Source: Patescibacteria group bacterium (GTDB taxonomy: Bacteria; Patescibacteriota; Minisyncoccia; Phycocordibacterales; UBA918). From it: DNA of 36,305 nt. The notes beneath the pieces were generated by a model. The model saw only the letters and a list, made by a program, of their open reading frames with translations. It did no database searches and was not told the origin of the DNA. Below, piece by piece: positions 24,357 through 34,209 of this stretch. A program made the position numbers and the translations under genes. The stretch covers positions 12,495 through 48,799 of the forward strand of contig JAZKIJ010000029.1 in the NCBI GenBank assembly GCA_040384905.1, given 5' to 3'. Each line of letters starts with the position of its first letter. Position 1 is the stretch's first letter.

Positions 24357-24740
24357 TTACAGAGGAATAATAGAAGTCGGGGTGTACACAAATTGTTTTA
24401 CAATACGTTGCGTTCGACCGTAGCGGTCCGTTGCTTGTATGGTAGCTACATTATACCCGTTTTCGAGCACAAGTGCCTCATCAAAGTACCCAGTGCGATC
24501 GGTAAATATCTGCCGACCATTTAAATTAATGGTGCTGATATTGCTCGCTTTACCGCGCAAATGAACCACCTGACTATTTTGGACACTCTCCGGTTCATTA
24601 ATCAGGGAAAGCTTCGGTCCTTCGAGTAAAAACCGTGCCTGGTACATGACATAGAGCACAATCAGGGTACAGGCCATCATAATCAGGACGGCGTAGACAA
24701 TTGAGCGAAATTGGATGTGGGAGCGAAAGATACCGGTCAT
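24357..24740 (-). CDS. membrane-anchored hypothetical protein with a small beta-sandwich-like ectodomain
   Basis: 127-aa ORF with one TM helix ([20 protein letters not shown]) followed by ~90 aa of beta-rich sequence. It is tightly packed between ftsK and recA. Confidence 0.55.
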   Translation of the reverse strand: MTGIFRSHIQFRSIVYAVLIMMACTLIVLYVMYQARFLLEGPKLSLINEPESVQNSQVVHLRGKASNISTINLNGRQIFTDRTGYFDEALVLENGYNVATIQATDRYGRTQRIVKQFVYTPTSIIPL

Positions 24741-24753
24741 TATAAATCACTAA

Positions 24754-26976
24754 TTACATCCGATTAGGTGTCTCAGAATCATCTTCCGCATCGTCACTAC
24801 CGCCCGCATCACTGCCGAGAATTTCCCGTGGTTTTGAACCATCAGCTGCACCAATGACGCCGCGATCTTCGAGTAAATCAATTAATCGAGCCGCCCGCGA
24901 GTAGCCGACACGCAATTTTCGTTGAATGTATGAGGTAGAGGCTTTACCCGCTTCAATGACGGCTTGTTTAGCGTCTTCGTAGAGCTCGTCGTCATCATCA
25001 CTATCGTCATCGTTAATCATGCCAATAAAACTGTCTCCTGAACCACCTGATTTTTCATCAAGGTTTATTGAATCAAGAGAGTGGGCACTGTCCTGCATCT
25101 TGAGGTACGACACCACGTTTTTAATTTCATCTTCAGAAATAAAGGCCGCTTGCAACCGCACTGGTTTTGGTGAATCACTTGAGAGATACAACATGTCACC
25201 CTTACCAAGCAATTTTTCAGCACCTACACCATCCAAAATGGTTCGTGAATCAATCTGAGAGGCAACGTTTAGGGCGATACGGGTCGGGATGTTGGCTTTA
25301 ATGGTACCGGTAATAACGTTTACCGATGGGCGTTGGGTAGCGAGGATAAGGTGAATACCCACGGCGCGGGACATCTGGGCCAAGCGCACGATAGCCGCTT
25401 CTAGTTCCCGAGGGTAGGCATGCATAAGGTCAGCCAGCTCGTCCATCAATATCACAATGTACGGGAGGGGTTCTGGGAGATTTACTAATTCTTCTTCGGG
25501 TGAACCTTTAGCTTCCCACGCTTTTTTAGCTGGTTTGTATACGTTGGCGTGGTACGAGTCGAGATTCTGGATTTTTTCGGTCTGGAGAATGTCGTACCGG
25601 CGTTCCATTTCCTTGATAGCCCACTTAAGCATCATCAAGGCTTTTTTAGCTTCTACAATTACGGGCGCAAGCAAATGTGGGATACCCTCATATAATGTAA
25701 GTTCTACGCGCTTTGGGTCCACCATAAAAAATCGCAGCTGGTCCGGTGAATTGCGGAACAAAAGAGAAATCACCAAGTTGTGCATGGTAATGGATTTTCC
25801 TGACCCAGTGGTACCGGCAACCAAGGCATGGGGCATCCGAGCGATGTTCGCAAAGTGGGCATTGCCGGTTACATCTTTCCCTAACGCTACATACAGTGGA
25901 TGTGGGGAATCAGTGTATTCCGGTGTCTTAAGGAGTGACGCAAGACCAATCGTAGAACGGGTGAGGTTTGGAATTTCGATACCCACCAGTGACTTCCCAG
26001 GAATCGGTGCTTCGATACGTAAGGTGCCCGAAGACAGGTTCAACTGGAGTTCTTGTTGCAGCCCGACGATACGCGCAATCTTCACTCCTTGCGCGGGCTT
26101 CAATGCATAGCGACTGATAGTTGGTCCAATCTCCACCGCATCCATTTCCACGTGTATACCAAATTCCTTAAGGGTTCGTTTAATAATATTTGCGTTAGCT
26201 TTTACGTCACCAGTTTGTGGTTTTCCTTGATCCTTCTTTAAGAGTGACAGTGACGGGGGAGCGTACGTTCCTGAAAACGTCGACACCACAAAATCTGCCC
26301 TCGGTGCATTCCCGAGCCCGAGCTTGTCGGATACTTTTTGCATGGTTGGTCGTTTTGCCACCGCTGTAGCATCCGGAGCATTTTCCTCTTCGAGCAACTC
26401 GTCAAAATCTTCTTCAGACTCAGGACCAGTTTGCAGGACCAAGTTTTCGATATCTGATTCGTCGTCGAGAGTCTGTTCCCGACCCATCCGTGGCAGTCGT
26501 AACCCGGTATTAAAAATGAGGAATCCAGAAATTAATATCAACCCTCCCAAAATCACTCCCGCTACTGACGCCCCAAATAAATACGAGAGGGGAGCCAGCA
26601 GCACCCACCCGACCATCCCACCCCACTCGGTTACCGAGATTTCCAAAATCCCCAAGAGTGAAATAAACAATAATCCAATACCAGTGATTTTCGACATACT
26701 CACCTCCTCGTTGTCTTTAGGATTTAACAACGCGTACACGTAAAAGGCACAGACCATGGGAGCAAGATAGGCTCCGGTACCAAAGAGCCAGTAGAGGGAA
26801 ATCTGAGTCCATGACCCCACCACCCCGCCATACTCAAACAGGGCAGCTGCAAAGAAAATACCGACGGTCGTAAGTAACACCGCCCCGATCGCTTGCCGAG
26901 CCTGGGGACTAAGGTCCTCAAAAAACGGCTTCGATTCTTTTACCTTCTCAACTTTTTTCGGTCCTCGTTTGCCCAT
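24754..26976 (-). CDS. ftsK: DNA translocase FtsK/SpoIIIE
   Basis: The N-terminus has 4 TM helices. Walker A is VAGTTGSGKS and Walker B is IVILMDELADL. The gamma-domain wHTH is ASTSYIQRKLRVGYSRAARLIDLLE. Confidence 0.95.
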   Translation of the reverse strand: MGKRGPKKVEKVKESKPFFEDLSPQARQAIGAVLLTTVGIFFAAALFEYGGVVGSWTQISLYWLFGTGAYLAPMVCAFYVYALLNPKDNEEVSMSKITGIGLLFISLLGILEISVTEWGGMVGWVLLAPLSYLFGASVAGVILGGLILISGFLIFNTGLRLPRMGREQTLDDESDIENLVLQTGPESEEDFDELLEEENAPDATAVAKRPTMQKVSDKLGLGNAPRADFVVSTFSGTYAPPSLSLLKKDQGKPQTGDVKANANIIKRTLKEFGIHVEMDAVEIGPTISRYALKPAQGVKIARIVGLQQELQLNLSSGTLRIEAPIPGKSLVGIEIPNLTRSTIGLASLLKTPEYTDSPHPLYVALGKDVTGNAHFANIARMPHALVAGTTGSGKSITMHNLVISLLFRNSPDQLRFFMVDPKRVELTLYEGIPHLLAPVIVEAKKALMMLKWAIKEMERRYDILQTEKIQNLDSYHANVYKPAKKAWEAKGSPEEELVNLPEPLPYIVILMDELADLMHAYPRELEAAIVRLAQMSRAVGIHLILATQRPSVNVITGTIKANIPTRIALNVASQIDSRTILDGVGAEKLLGKGDMLYLSSDSPKPVRLQAAFISEDEIKNVVSYLKMQDSAHSLDSINLDEKSGGSGDSFIGMINDDDSDDDDELYEDAKQAVIEAGKASTSYIQRKLRVGYSRAARLIDLLEDRGVIGAADGSKPREILGSDAGGSDDAEDDSETPNRM

Positions 26977-27070
26977 GAAATGAATAAATGAGCGCCAGCG
27001 ATTATTATGAATTTCGTTCCGAGTTTGCCCCTTTCCTAGGGCAAACTCCTGGAACTAGTAATCGTTGCTA
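26977..27070 (-). promoter_or_regulatory. conserved structured 5' leader element, copy L2 (upstream of ftsK)
   Basis: This block abuts the ftsK ATG. The hairpin GAGTTTGCCC/GGGCAAACTC differs from L1 by a compensatory A:T to G:C exchange. Confidence 0.55.
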
Positions 27071-27319
27071 GCGACTCATTTTGTACTAATGCTAATAAAA
27101 TATTCTACCTATATATGCGCGCATTATATCACTAAATATGACTATTATCTGTGCATATAATGAGGCGCGTAAGCACTCAAAGACACTTGTCATCTTCACT
27201 ATTTCATATCCAATTTTCTAACTCCCACCCGTGTCCTTTTCTTGCTTTTTGTCCAAAATGTCCTTATAATACAAGTGTCTTTAATCTATTAGACAGAGCA
27301 AAATCTTATAAGACATATC

Positions 27320-28042
27320 ATGAATATGAATACGTACAATCCAAACGACAGTCTCATATCACTCAAACGTTTGTCTGCAAATGATGACTATTATAATATC
27401 GTTTTCAAAAAGACAGAGCGTGTCGCATCCGCCGTCTTTTATATTTTGGCTCATGTTGATTTAAATGATCGGACCAAAGTCCATTACTCTAATCTAAGCG
27501 ACAAAGCGATGGCGCTTCACGAAGCAGTGATTGCTTCCCTCAACTTATATGAGTACGAAGCCCGGGACAAAATCTACACCGTCCAGCAAGCCCTCGTTGT
27601 CCTGCAAAGTGCTCTCCACCTCGCAGCGGCCGCTCAACTTATTACTCCTGATATGGAAGGAGTCGTCGCCGAAGAAACAGACGTCGTGTTACGGTATATC
27701 CGCAACCACTACATCAACCCCGCTGCCAGTCCTGTCTCGATTGCGCCACAAGCACCCAAACCTAAAGCGACACCAAAAGCTCCTCGTCGCGCTCGACCCA
27801 ATATCCCGTCCAATGACTTTAGTTCAGATGCTGTCCTTGTCTACAGTGATTTGTCCGATAGAACATCTCGTATCAAAACTGTCCTTGATGCCAAACCAGA
27901 AGCCACCATCAAAGACCTGTCTGAAATCATCACCGACGTGAGTACAAAGACAATTCAAAGAGACTTAAACAGTCTCATAGAAAGTGGAGAAGTAATAAGG
28001 CAAGGTGAAAGACGTTGGTCGAAGTATTCAATTAATAAATAA
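27320..28042 (+). CDS. putative transcription regulator: N-terminal helical bundle, Pro/Ala/Lys linker, C-terminal DeoR-like winged HTH
   Basis: 240-aa ORF. The C-terminus is TIKDLSEIITDVSTKTIQRDLNSLIESGEVIRQGERRWSKYSI. The linker is APQAPKPKATPKAPRRARP. Confidence 0.6.
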   Translation: MNMNTYNPNDSLISLKRLSANDDYYNIVFKKTERVASAVFYILAHVDLNDRTKVHYSNLSDKAMALHEAVIASLNLYEYEARDKIYTVQQALVVLQSALHLAAAAQLITPDMEGVVAEETDVVLRYIRNHYINPAASPVSIAPQAPKPKATPKAPRRARPNIPSNDFSSDAVLVYSDLSDRTSRIKTVLDAKPEATIKDLSEIITDVSTKTIQRDLNSLIESGEVIRQGERRWSKYSINK

Positions 28043-28089
28043 AAGACAAAGACGTGACTGTGCTAACAGTCACGTCTTTGTGTGTCTTT
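28042..28089 (+). terminator. long-stem intrinsic terminator
   Basis: AAAGACAAAGACGTGACTGT-gcta-ACAGTCACGTCTTTGTGTGTCTTT. Confidence 0.75.
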
Positions 28090-28702
28090 AATCTTCATAC
28101 GATGCAATTGTGGCTACTAGTAGTGAGAGGAGGGTAGTCTCATAGAACTGTCCTTCGCTTTCTCCGTGTGTTTTCACTATGTGAATGTGACAGATATATG
28201 TATACGCACTCTTAACCAAGTATAGAAAAATAGTCAGTAGTACTTGGTAAGACTACTCATCTTCACTCGTCATAGATACCAGAGCAAGAATTTTGTATGG
28301 CCAATTGAGCGTTAGAAGTAACGCTTTCCCCAGACTAAAAACTCGCTATTTTCCAATTAGTTGCTATACTATTTGGTATGCGCTTAGGCGCTTTTTTCCT
28401 AGCCTGACTAAGCGTCACCGTTAGAGAATAAAGCACCAACCAAGGCGTTCTGTGATCTTTGACAACTAGAGTAGGCTCGAACGCTCTCTACACATATCAA
28501 ATATAAAATCCAACTTAGTGTTGGTAATTTCCGCATCACCTTATCCCGCCCTGTCCGCATGACTGCCACACCCTTTCATTACAGCTAACCTCTCAGTATG
28601 GGCGTAATACACCTATATATGAGAGTTAGTGATATTACATAACGAGGTGACTCGTTATGAATATGAATTAATTCATATTATCAGTATTAGCCGGTCCCGC
28701 TA

Positions 28703-30715
28703 ATGGGACATAACCGCGTTGTTAACAAACGCACAAAACAAAAAATTATAATTATGACGAATACAAAAACTGTAGCATCAAAGGCTTTCGTAGCCATTGT
28801 TGCTGCTGCTATGGTGTTCTCTCTGATTGCTCCAGCTGCTAAAGCTGCAACAGCAGAAGAACTACAAGCACAAATCGCTGCTTTGATGGCACAGATCGCT
28901 GCGCTACAAGGTGGAACAACTACAACAACTACTACTACAACTAGTACTTGCGTAGCTATTCCTGCACCACTTACAATGAACGCTTCAGGCGCTAGTGTAA
29001 CTGCGTTGCAAAACTTTCTTATCGGCGCTGGACAATCAATCCCAGCAGGAGCTACCGGATACTTCGGAGCACAAACTCGTTCAGCTCTTGCCGCTTGGCA
29101 ATCAGCTAACGGGGTTATGCCAGCTGTAGGGTACTATGGTCCGATCACTGCAGCAGCAGTTGCTGCTAAGTGTTCAACTACAACACCTACAACTCCAACA
29201 ACACCTACAACTCCAACAACACCTGGTACAGGATCAACAGATCTACAAGGTGAAGCTTCACTTGATAACTTCGAACTCGAAGACGGTGAATCTACAATTG
29301 AAGAAGGTGATGAAGAACAAGTAGTTGGTGAACTCACAGTTGAGTTTGCTGATGGAGACGCTGAAATTTCACGTCTTGACTTCACTATTGAGTCAGATGA
29401 TGCAGGCGCAAGTCCATGGGATGCCTTTGAAACTCTATCACTTTGGGTAGATGGTGACATGGTAGCCGAATTTGACGCTGCTGATGAAGACAATTACCTA
29501 GATGAAGATACAGGCGAATTCCGATTCTCAGATCTTGATATCGTAGCTATGGAAGACGAAGAAATGGAAATTTCTATCGGCGCTACAGTTATGAACAATC
29601 TTGACGCTGAAGAACTTAGTGAATGGACAATTACCCCAACAGCAATGCGATTCTTCGACGCTGATGGTGTAGCTTCTACTGAAACTTCAGGTCTTGACGG
29701 AACAGCAGTATTCGATGTTGAAGTAGCTGGAGCTGACGAAGAAATCAAGGTATCTCTTGGTTCAGCAAACCCAGATGCAACAGATATCGTTGTTGACACA
29801 GATTCAGACACAAGTGATGTAACAATCATGGTTGCTGATATCGAAGCTGAAGACAATGATATTGAACTCAGTAAGGTAGTAGTTCGAATCGACACTGGTT
29901 CAGCTTCTACATCTGATGTTATCGATGAAGTTCGAGCTATTATCGATGGTGAAGAATTCACAGCAGAAGCAGTAAACGGAACTGGAGCTCCAACAGGTTT
30001 GGACTCAAAGAACGTTACTTCAGCTGGAACTTCAACATGGTATGTGTTTGATATCGATGGTGACATCACTGTTGATGCAGATTCAGAAGTTGAAATGGAA
30101 GTAGTTGTTGACTTTAACGACACAGATGACGGTGTTCGTTACGCTAACGGTACTACTATCAAAGCTTCTGTTACACAAACAGAACGAGAACTTTGGGAAG
30201 GAGAAGGTGCTGATGATCTTGCAGCTGGTCAGTTCACTGGTTCAGCAGTAGGAGATGAACACACTCTAGTTGCCGAAGGTATTCTTGTACCAGTAGATGG
30301 TTTCACTTCAGAAACTGATACACAAGGACAAGATGATACAACAGGTGTATTTACACTTGAGTTCGAAGTAACAGCTGTTGAAGGTGATTTCTACATCACA
30401 GACAACGCTACTACTTCAACTGCCGTAACTAACGGAGTTGTATACTCAGTAACTGGTGGAACTGCTGCTACTTTGACACAAAGTCTTACATCAACAGCTG
30501 ATGAAGATTCAGTTGGAGTATTCACAGTACGTGAAGGAGAAACAGAAACATTCACTCTTGTAGTAAATGCAACTGTAGCTGCTTCAGCATCACTACGAGT
30601 ACAGCTTGACGAAATCTGGTTCTCAGCTAACGCTGACGGTACAACTTCTAGCGAAGCATACTTGCCAACACCAGTTTCAGATTACCGATCTTCACCACAA
30701 TCAATCAACAGTTAA
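28703..30715 (+). CDS. very acidic cell-surface protein with signal/anchor, coiled-coil, peptidoglycan-binding domain and a large D/E/T/V-rich beta region (S-layer-like candidate)
   Basis: 670-aa ORF; the alternative start at 28754 is MTNTKTV. The hydrophobic segment is FVAIVAAAMVFSLIAPAAKA. The heptad region is AEELQAQIAALMAQIAALQ. The PG_binding_1-like block is SGASVTALQNFLIGAG...GYFGAQTRSALAAWQ. A (TPTTP)n linker follows. Codon usage looks biased and distinct. Confidence 0.7.
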   Translation: MGHNRVVNKRTKQKIIIMTNTKTVASKAFVAIVAAAMVFSLIAPAAKAATAEELQAQIAALMAQIAALQGGTTTTTTTTTSTCVAIPAPLTMNASGASVTALQNFLIGAGQSIPAGATGYFGAQTRSALAAWQSANGVMPAVGYYGPITAAAVAAKCSTTTPTTPTTPTTPTTPGTGSTDLQGEASLDNFELEDGESTIEEGDEEQVVGELTVEFADGDAEISRLDFTIESDDAGASPWDAFETLSLWVDGDMVAEFDAADEDNYLDEDTGEFRFSDLDIVAMEDEEMEISIGATVMNNLDAEELSEWTITPTAMRFFDADGVASTETSGLDGTAVFDVEVAGADEEIKVSLGSANPDATDIVVDTDSDTSDVTIMVADIEAEDNDIELSKVVVRIDTGSASTSDVIDEVRAIIDGEEFTAEAVNGTGAPTGLDSKNVTSAGTSTWYVFDIDGDITVDADSEVEMEVVVDFNDTDDGVRYANGTTIKASVTQTERELWEGEGADDLAAGQFTGSAVGDEHTLVAEGILVPVDGFTSETDTQGQDDTTGVFTLEFEVTAVEGDFYITDNATTSTAVTNGVVYSVTGGTAATLTQSLTSTADEDSVGVFTVREGETETFTLVVNATVAASASLRVQLDEIWFSANADGTTSSEAYLPTPVSDYRSSPQSINS

Positions 30716-30764
30716 TCTCTGATTAACTACTTGATTTGAATGTGAAAGTTCATAATCAAAGCTA

Positions 30765-30795
30765 AACAAAAGCCCCCGCAAGGGGGCTTTTGTTG
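30765..30795 (+). terminator. intrinsic terminator
   Basis: AACAAAAGCCCCC-gcaa-GGGGGCTTTTGTT. Confidence 0.85.
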
Positions 30796-30836
30796 TGTCT
30801 GGTGAATTTGATAGGGAAGCGAGTCGTTACTTAATA

Positions 30837-30867
30837 CAAAAACCAATCCACCAGGGTTGGTTTTTGT
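30837..30867 (+). terminator. second tandem intrinsic terminator
   Basis: CAAAAACCAA-tccaccagg-GTTGGTTTTTG. Confidence 0.6.
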
Positions 30868-31092
30868 TATTTATATACAAGTATATCCAGTACTTATACA
30901 AAAGTTATGCACAATGTTATACACATAGTTATAAAATAGGTATATATTCTAAGGGAAGGTAAGCATCTCTTAGATGCTCATAAATCCCGGGTGATCCCCC
31001 CGTAATCTTTACTATGAGTCAAAATAAGTTATAGAGAACAACATCGACAATTACGTAAAGCAGGAATATACTTTAATCATCTTAAAGGCAGT

Positions 31093-33669
31093 ATGAAGAA
31101 ATACCTCTTCACAACCCGAGTCCTGCATATATTCTCATATTTCTCCGCCCCTTTGTTTTTATTTGGACTCACATTCATTGTGAGCTTTTTTATATCATTT
31201 GAATCAGTGCAGGCAAAAGTTCTATTTGAGCAAAGTAAAACGGGTACCGCGTATGATATTTTTAAAGATGAAGGGCATAATACTGCTTTAGCACAAAGGT
31301 TACCTCAATACAGTGGCACACCGCCGGTATTGAATTCAAGCGGAACAATATCTTATCGAGGTACTGCAGAATGGGTAAGATTAAAAAGAATTTCTGGCGT
31401 AGAGTGCGACACACGCGTCTGGCTCACTCTGAGTGAACCCGATGGTGTAACACGTATTGGCGATGATGTTTTATACGGCAGACAAAATGGTGAATTCTGT
31501 GATTTTAAAATCACTGGTCCAAATCGAACAGATGGAAAAGTTGGCATTATACACATATGTTATAACGGCCAATGTAGTTTTCCTGACAATTTTATCTTGG
31601 ATGGTTCAAGAGAGAATGAAGGGTATGTATCTGACGGTTATTACAACTCTCCTGAATCAGGAGGTTGGGCGTTTCAAATATGCGACATAGACGGCTGTGA
31701 AGGCGGGTTTGAACCAGTAGCGACTACCACGGCCACCACAACTGCCACCAGCACCGGCGCCAGTAGCGTACTGTTCTTGCCAGGTATTCAGGCTAGTCGG
31801 TTGTATACAGATGGTGGTTCAGGTACTGAAGATCAAATATGGGTGCCAAATATTGATGCGGATGTTGAAAAGCTCAGGATGACATCATCAGGGATGAGTT
31901 TAAATGACATTTACACTAGAGATATTTTAGACGAACTAGCGCTACCTTATGCGGGGATTAACGTATATAAGGGGTTTATTAGTTTTATGGATGAATTAAA
32001 GAAGACAGAAGTAATAAAAGACTGGGAACCTTTTGCTTATGATTGGCGATATGATGTTGAGGAAATTGCAAAAAATGGAACAAAATATCAAAATGAAGTT
32101 AAAAGTCTCGTTGCAGAAGTGGAGCGACTCGCCTCAAGTTCTTATTCTGGTAAAGTAACTATCATAGGACATTCTAATGGAGGATTGGTAGGAAAGATGC
32201 TTATTTCAGAGTTAGAAGGACAAGGTAAAGAAGAATTGGTTGATAAGCTAGTTTTGATTGGAACTCCGCAATTAGGTGCTCCTAAAGCGGCTTTGGTAAT
32301 GCTCCATGGTTATGATCAAAAAGCAGTATTTGGATTAGTAGTAAATGATACTACTGCAAGAGATGTGATGAAAAATTTACCGGGCACTTATGGTTTATTG
32401 CCCTCAAATGAATATTTTATAAAAAGTGGTGACACTCTAATTTCTTCTGATAATTCAGTTACAACTGCAAGTATTGGAACGTATGGACCAATTAATTCAT
32501 ATACTTCGATGAACTCCTTACTTACGGATTCATTAAATAAACGAAATGACGAGGTGCCAATTAATGAGCCTAGCACCTTAAATAATAATTTTTTGCAATA
32601 TTCTATTAGCTTAAAACAAAGCCTCGATTCTTGGTTACCTCCAGATAATGTAGAAATATATGAAGTTGTAGGGACGGGTAATCCCACAATTAGAGGTGTG
32701 CAATATCAAAGTTTCCCATGCAGGCTAGGTTTTCTTACCTGCGAGACAGGAAGTTATATGAAAGCCTTACCTATTTTTACAAGTAGTGGTGATGAGACTG
32801 TACCAATTGTTTCAGCATCGGGACAAGATGGAAATAAAGTGACAGGGATAATAGATTTAATTGCAGAAGCGCCAAACACCTTAATACGACCATATAAACA
32901 TATGAATCTTACCGAAAGTCCAACCGTACAATCTTTTGTTGAATCAATCGTTAAGTTTCCATATTTGAGTCAGACTTTAGAAATACCAGAATATGCAAAT
33001 GTGGCACGCAATTTTAAAATCATTGGAGTACATTCACCTGTCTCATTGATGATTACAGATAGTTTGGGTAAAAAAGTTGGCAAAATTGGAAATGAAGTAA
33101 AAGAAGAAATTGTTGGTTCTCAATATCTTGATTTAGGGGATAGCTCATATGTAATTATCCCAGACGATATTTTATTTGAAGCAGAGATTAAGGGGCAAGC
33201 TACAGGTACATACTCAATTACAGTTGATACTTTAAAAAATCATAATCAAACACAAACATTCCGATATATTGGCGCTAGTTCTACTCCAGAAATGAAGGCT
33301 ACTTTTAGCTTTGCCACTTCAGGATACACAAACATTAAAACCGATATCAATAATGATGGTCTCACAGATTTAGAGCAGACTTTAAACGGACAAGTTATTT
33401 TACCTCCAGCTTTATACTCTTATCCGCTTTTGAAAACAAACATAAAAGCTTTAAAATTATCAAAAGTATTAGAAACCGTACTTTTAGTACAAGTTGATGC
33501 GGCTTTGTATTGGGATACGCTCACTCCTGCAAAACCAGCTTATCAGAAATTAGAATTTGCAGCACTAGATACACTTAAGGCTACGTTGTTAGTTTATAAA
33601 CAGAAAAAATATATTACACCAATGCAATACAGTGCTTTAGAAATAATAGTTTATAATTTAAGAAAATAA
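31093..33669 (+). CDS. secreted/anchored multidomain alpha/beta-hydrolase, LCAT / PGAP1-like lipase-acyltransferase family
   Basis: 858-aa ORF with an N-terminal hydrophobic signal and a Cys-rich N-domain. The linker is ATTTATTTATSTGA. Hydrolase motifs are SVLFLPGIQASRLY, FAYDWRYD (LCAT-type YDWR) and the nucleophile elbow IIGHSNGG. A long beta-rich C-terminal region follows. Confidence 0.65.
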   Translation: MKKYLFTTRVLHIFSYFSAPLFLFGLTFIVSFFISFESVQAKVLFEQSKTGTAYDIFKDEGHNTALAQRLPQYSGTPPVLNSSGTISYRGTAEWVRLKRISGVECDTRVWLTLSEPDGVTRIGDDVLYGRQNGEFCDFKITGPNRTDGKVGIIHICYNGQCSFPDNFILDGSRENEGYVSDGYYNSPESGGWAFQICDIDGCEGGFEPVATTTATTTATSTGASSVLFLPGIQASRLYTDGGSGTEDQIWVPNIDADVEKLRMTSSGMSLNDIYTRDILDELALPYAGINVYKGFISFMDELKKTEVIKDWEPFAYDWRYDVEEIAKNGTKYQNEVKSLVAEVERLASSSYSGKVTIIGHSNGGLVGKMLISELEGQGKEELVDKLVLIGTPQLGAPKAALVMLHGYDQKAVFGLVVNDTTARDVMKNLPGTYGLLPSNEYFIKSGDTLISSDNSVTTASIGTYGPINSYTSMNSLLTDSLNKRNDEVPINEPSTLNNNFLQYSISLKQSLDSWLPPDNVEIYEVVGTGNPTIRGVQYQSFPCRLGFLTCETGSYMKALPIFTSSGDETVPIVSASGQDGNKVTGIIDLIAEAPNTLIRPYKHMNLTESPTVQSFVESIVKFPYLSQTLEIPEYANVARNFKIIGVHSPVSLMITDSLGKKVGKIGNEVKEEIVGSQYLDLGDSSYVIIPDDILFEAEIKGQATGTYSITVDTLKNHNQTQTFRYIGASSTPEMKATFSFATSGYTNIKTDINNDGLTDLEQTLNGQVILPPALYSYPLLKTNIKALKLSKVLETVLLVQVDAALYWDTLTPAKPAYQKLEFAALDTLKATLLVYKQKKYITPMQYSALEIIVYNLRK

Positions 33670-33671
33670 AT

Positions 33672-34064
33672 ATGCGCTTAATAACAAATAAAAAATTCTT
33701 TTTAAGTTCAGTAGTACTCGTTCTGTGTCTTTTTGTATACGATTATTTAGTTATAGAATCTATAACAGACAGTATAAAAAAATATTATTATGAAGATTAT
33801 TTACGAATAGTATTATATTTTTCAATTTCGATAGCCGTTTCTTCAGGAGTTTTAATTTTTTTCAATAATGTAGTTTTTGAAAAATGGTTAAAAAAAATTA
33901 TTAGTTGGTATTTGCCTTTTGCAGCTATAATAACTTCAACAGGTAGTGAAGGTTCGTTTATTAATCCGGGAAAAGACGATTTCGCATTGTTTTTTAGTTG
34001 GCTACTATTGGGAGTAACATTACTTTTTATTCTCGTTCAAAAGTTTTATTTTAAGGTTAAATAA
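33672..34064 (+). CDS. small polytopic membrane protein
   Basis: 130-aa ORF starting 2 nt after the lipase stop. It has 4 hydrophobic segments and shares the AT-rich composition of the lipase gene. Confidence 0.55.
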   Translation: MRLITNKKFFLSSVVLVLCLFVYDYLVIESITDSIKKYYYEDYLRIVLYFSISIAVSSGVLIFFNNVVFEKWLKKIISWYLPFAAIITSTGSEGSFINPGKDDFALFFSWLLLGVTLLFILVQKFYFKVK

Positions 34065-34102
34065 CTTTTAAAAAACACAATCCATACGTTATACTTATTC
34101 GA

Positions 34103-34207
34103 ATGTTTAACAAGTCGTTCTATCAATTCCTGTTTAGCTTTATTGCGGTGATTGCGGGTGTGTTATTATTTATATTAATTGTCGGCATGGGGGCGACAGG
34201 TACTTAA
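34103..34207 (+). CDS. candidate 34-aa single-helix membrane micro-protein
   Basis: The hand translation MFNKSFYQFLFSFIAVIAGVLLFILIVGMGATGT* is not in the ORF track because it is too short. The TAA at 34205-34207 lies 2 nt before the next ATG. Confidence 0.35.
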   Translation: MFNKSFYQFLFSFIAVIAGVLLFILIVGMGATGT

Positions 34208-34209
34208 TT

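Noticed and set aside
27151-27384. A 77-aa plus-strand ORF in the ftsK/wHTH intergenic region.
   Set aside because: It overlaps the start of the better-supported 27320..28042 gene in another frame. It lies in AT-rich promoter-like sequence and has no SD.
29184-29219. An 18-nt tandem repeat (ACACCTACAACTCCAACA x2) considered as a stand-alone repeat or contingency locus.
   Set aside because: It is in frame and encodes the TPTTPT linker of the surface protein. The unit length is a multiple of 3, so copy-number change would not shift the frame. It is noted under the surface-protein finding instead.
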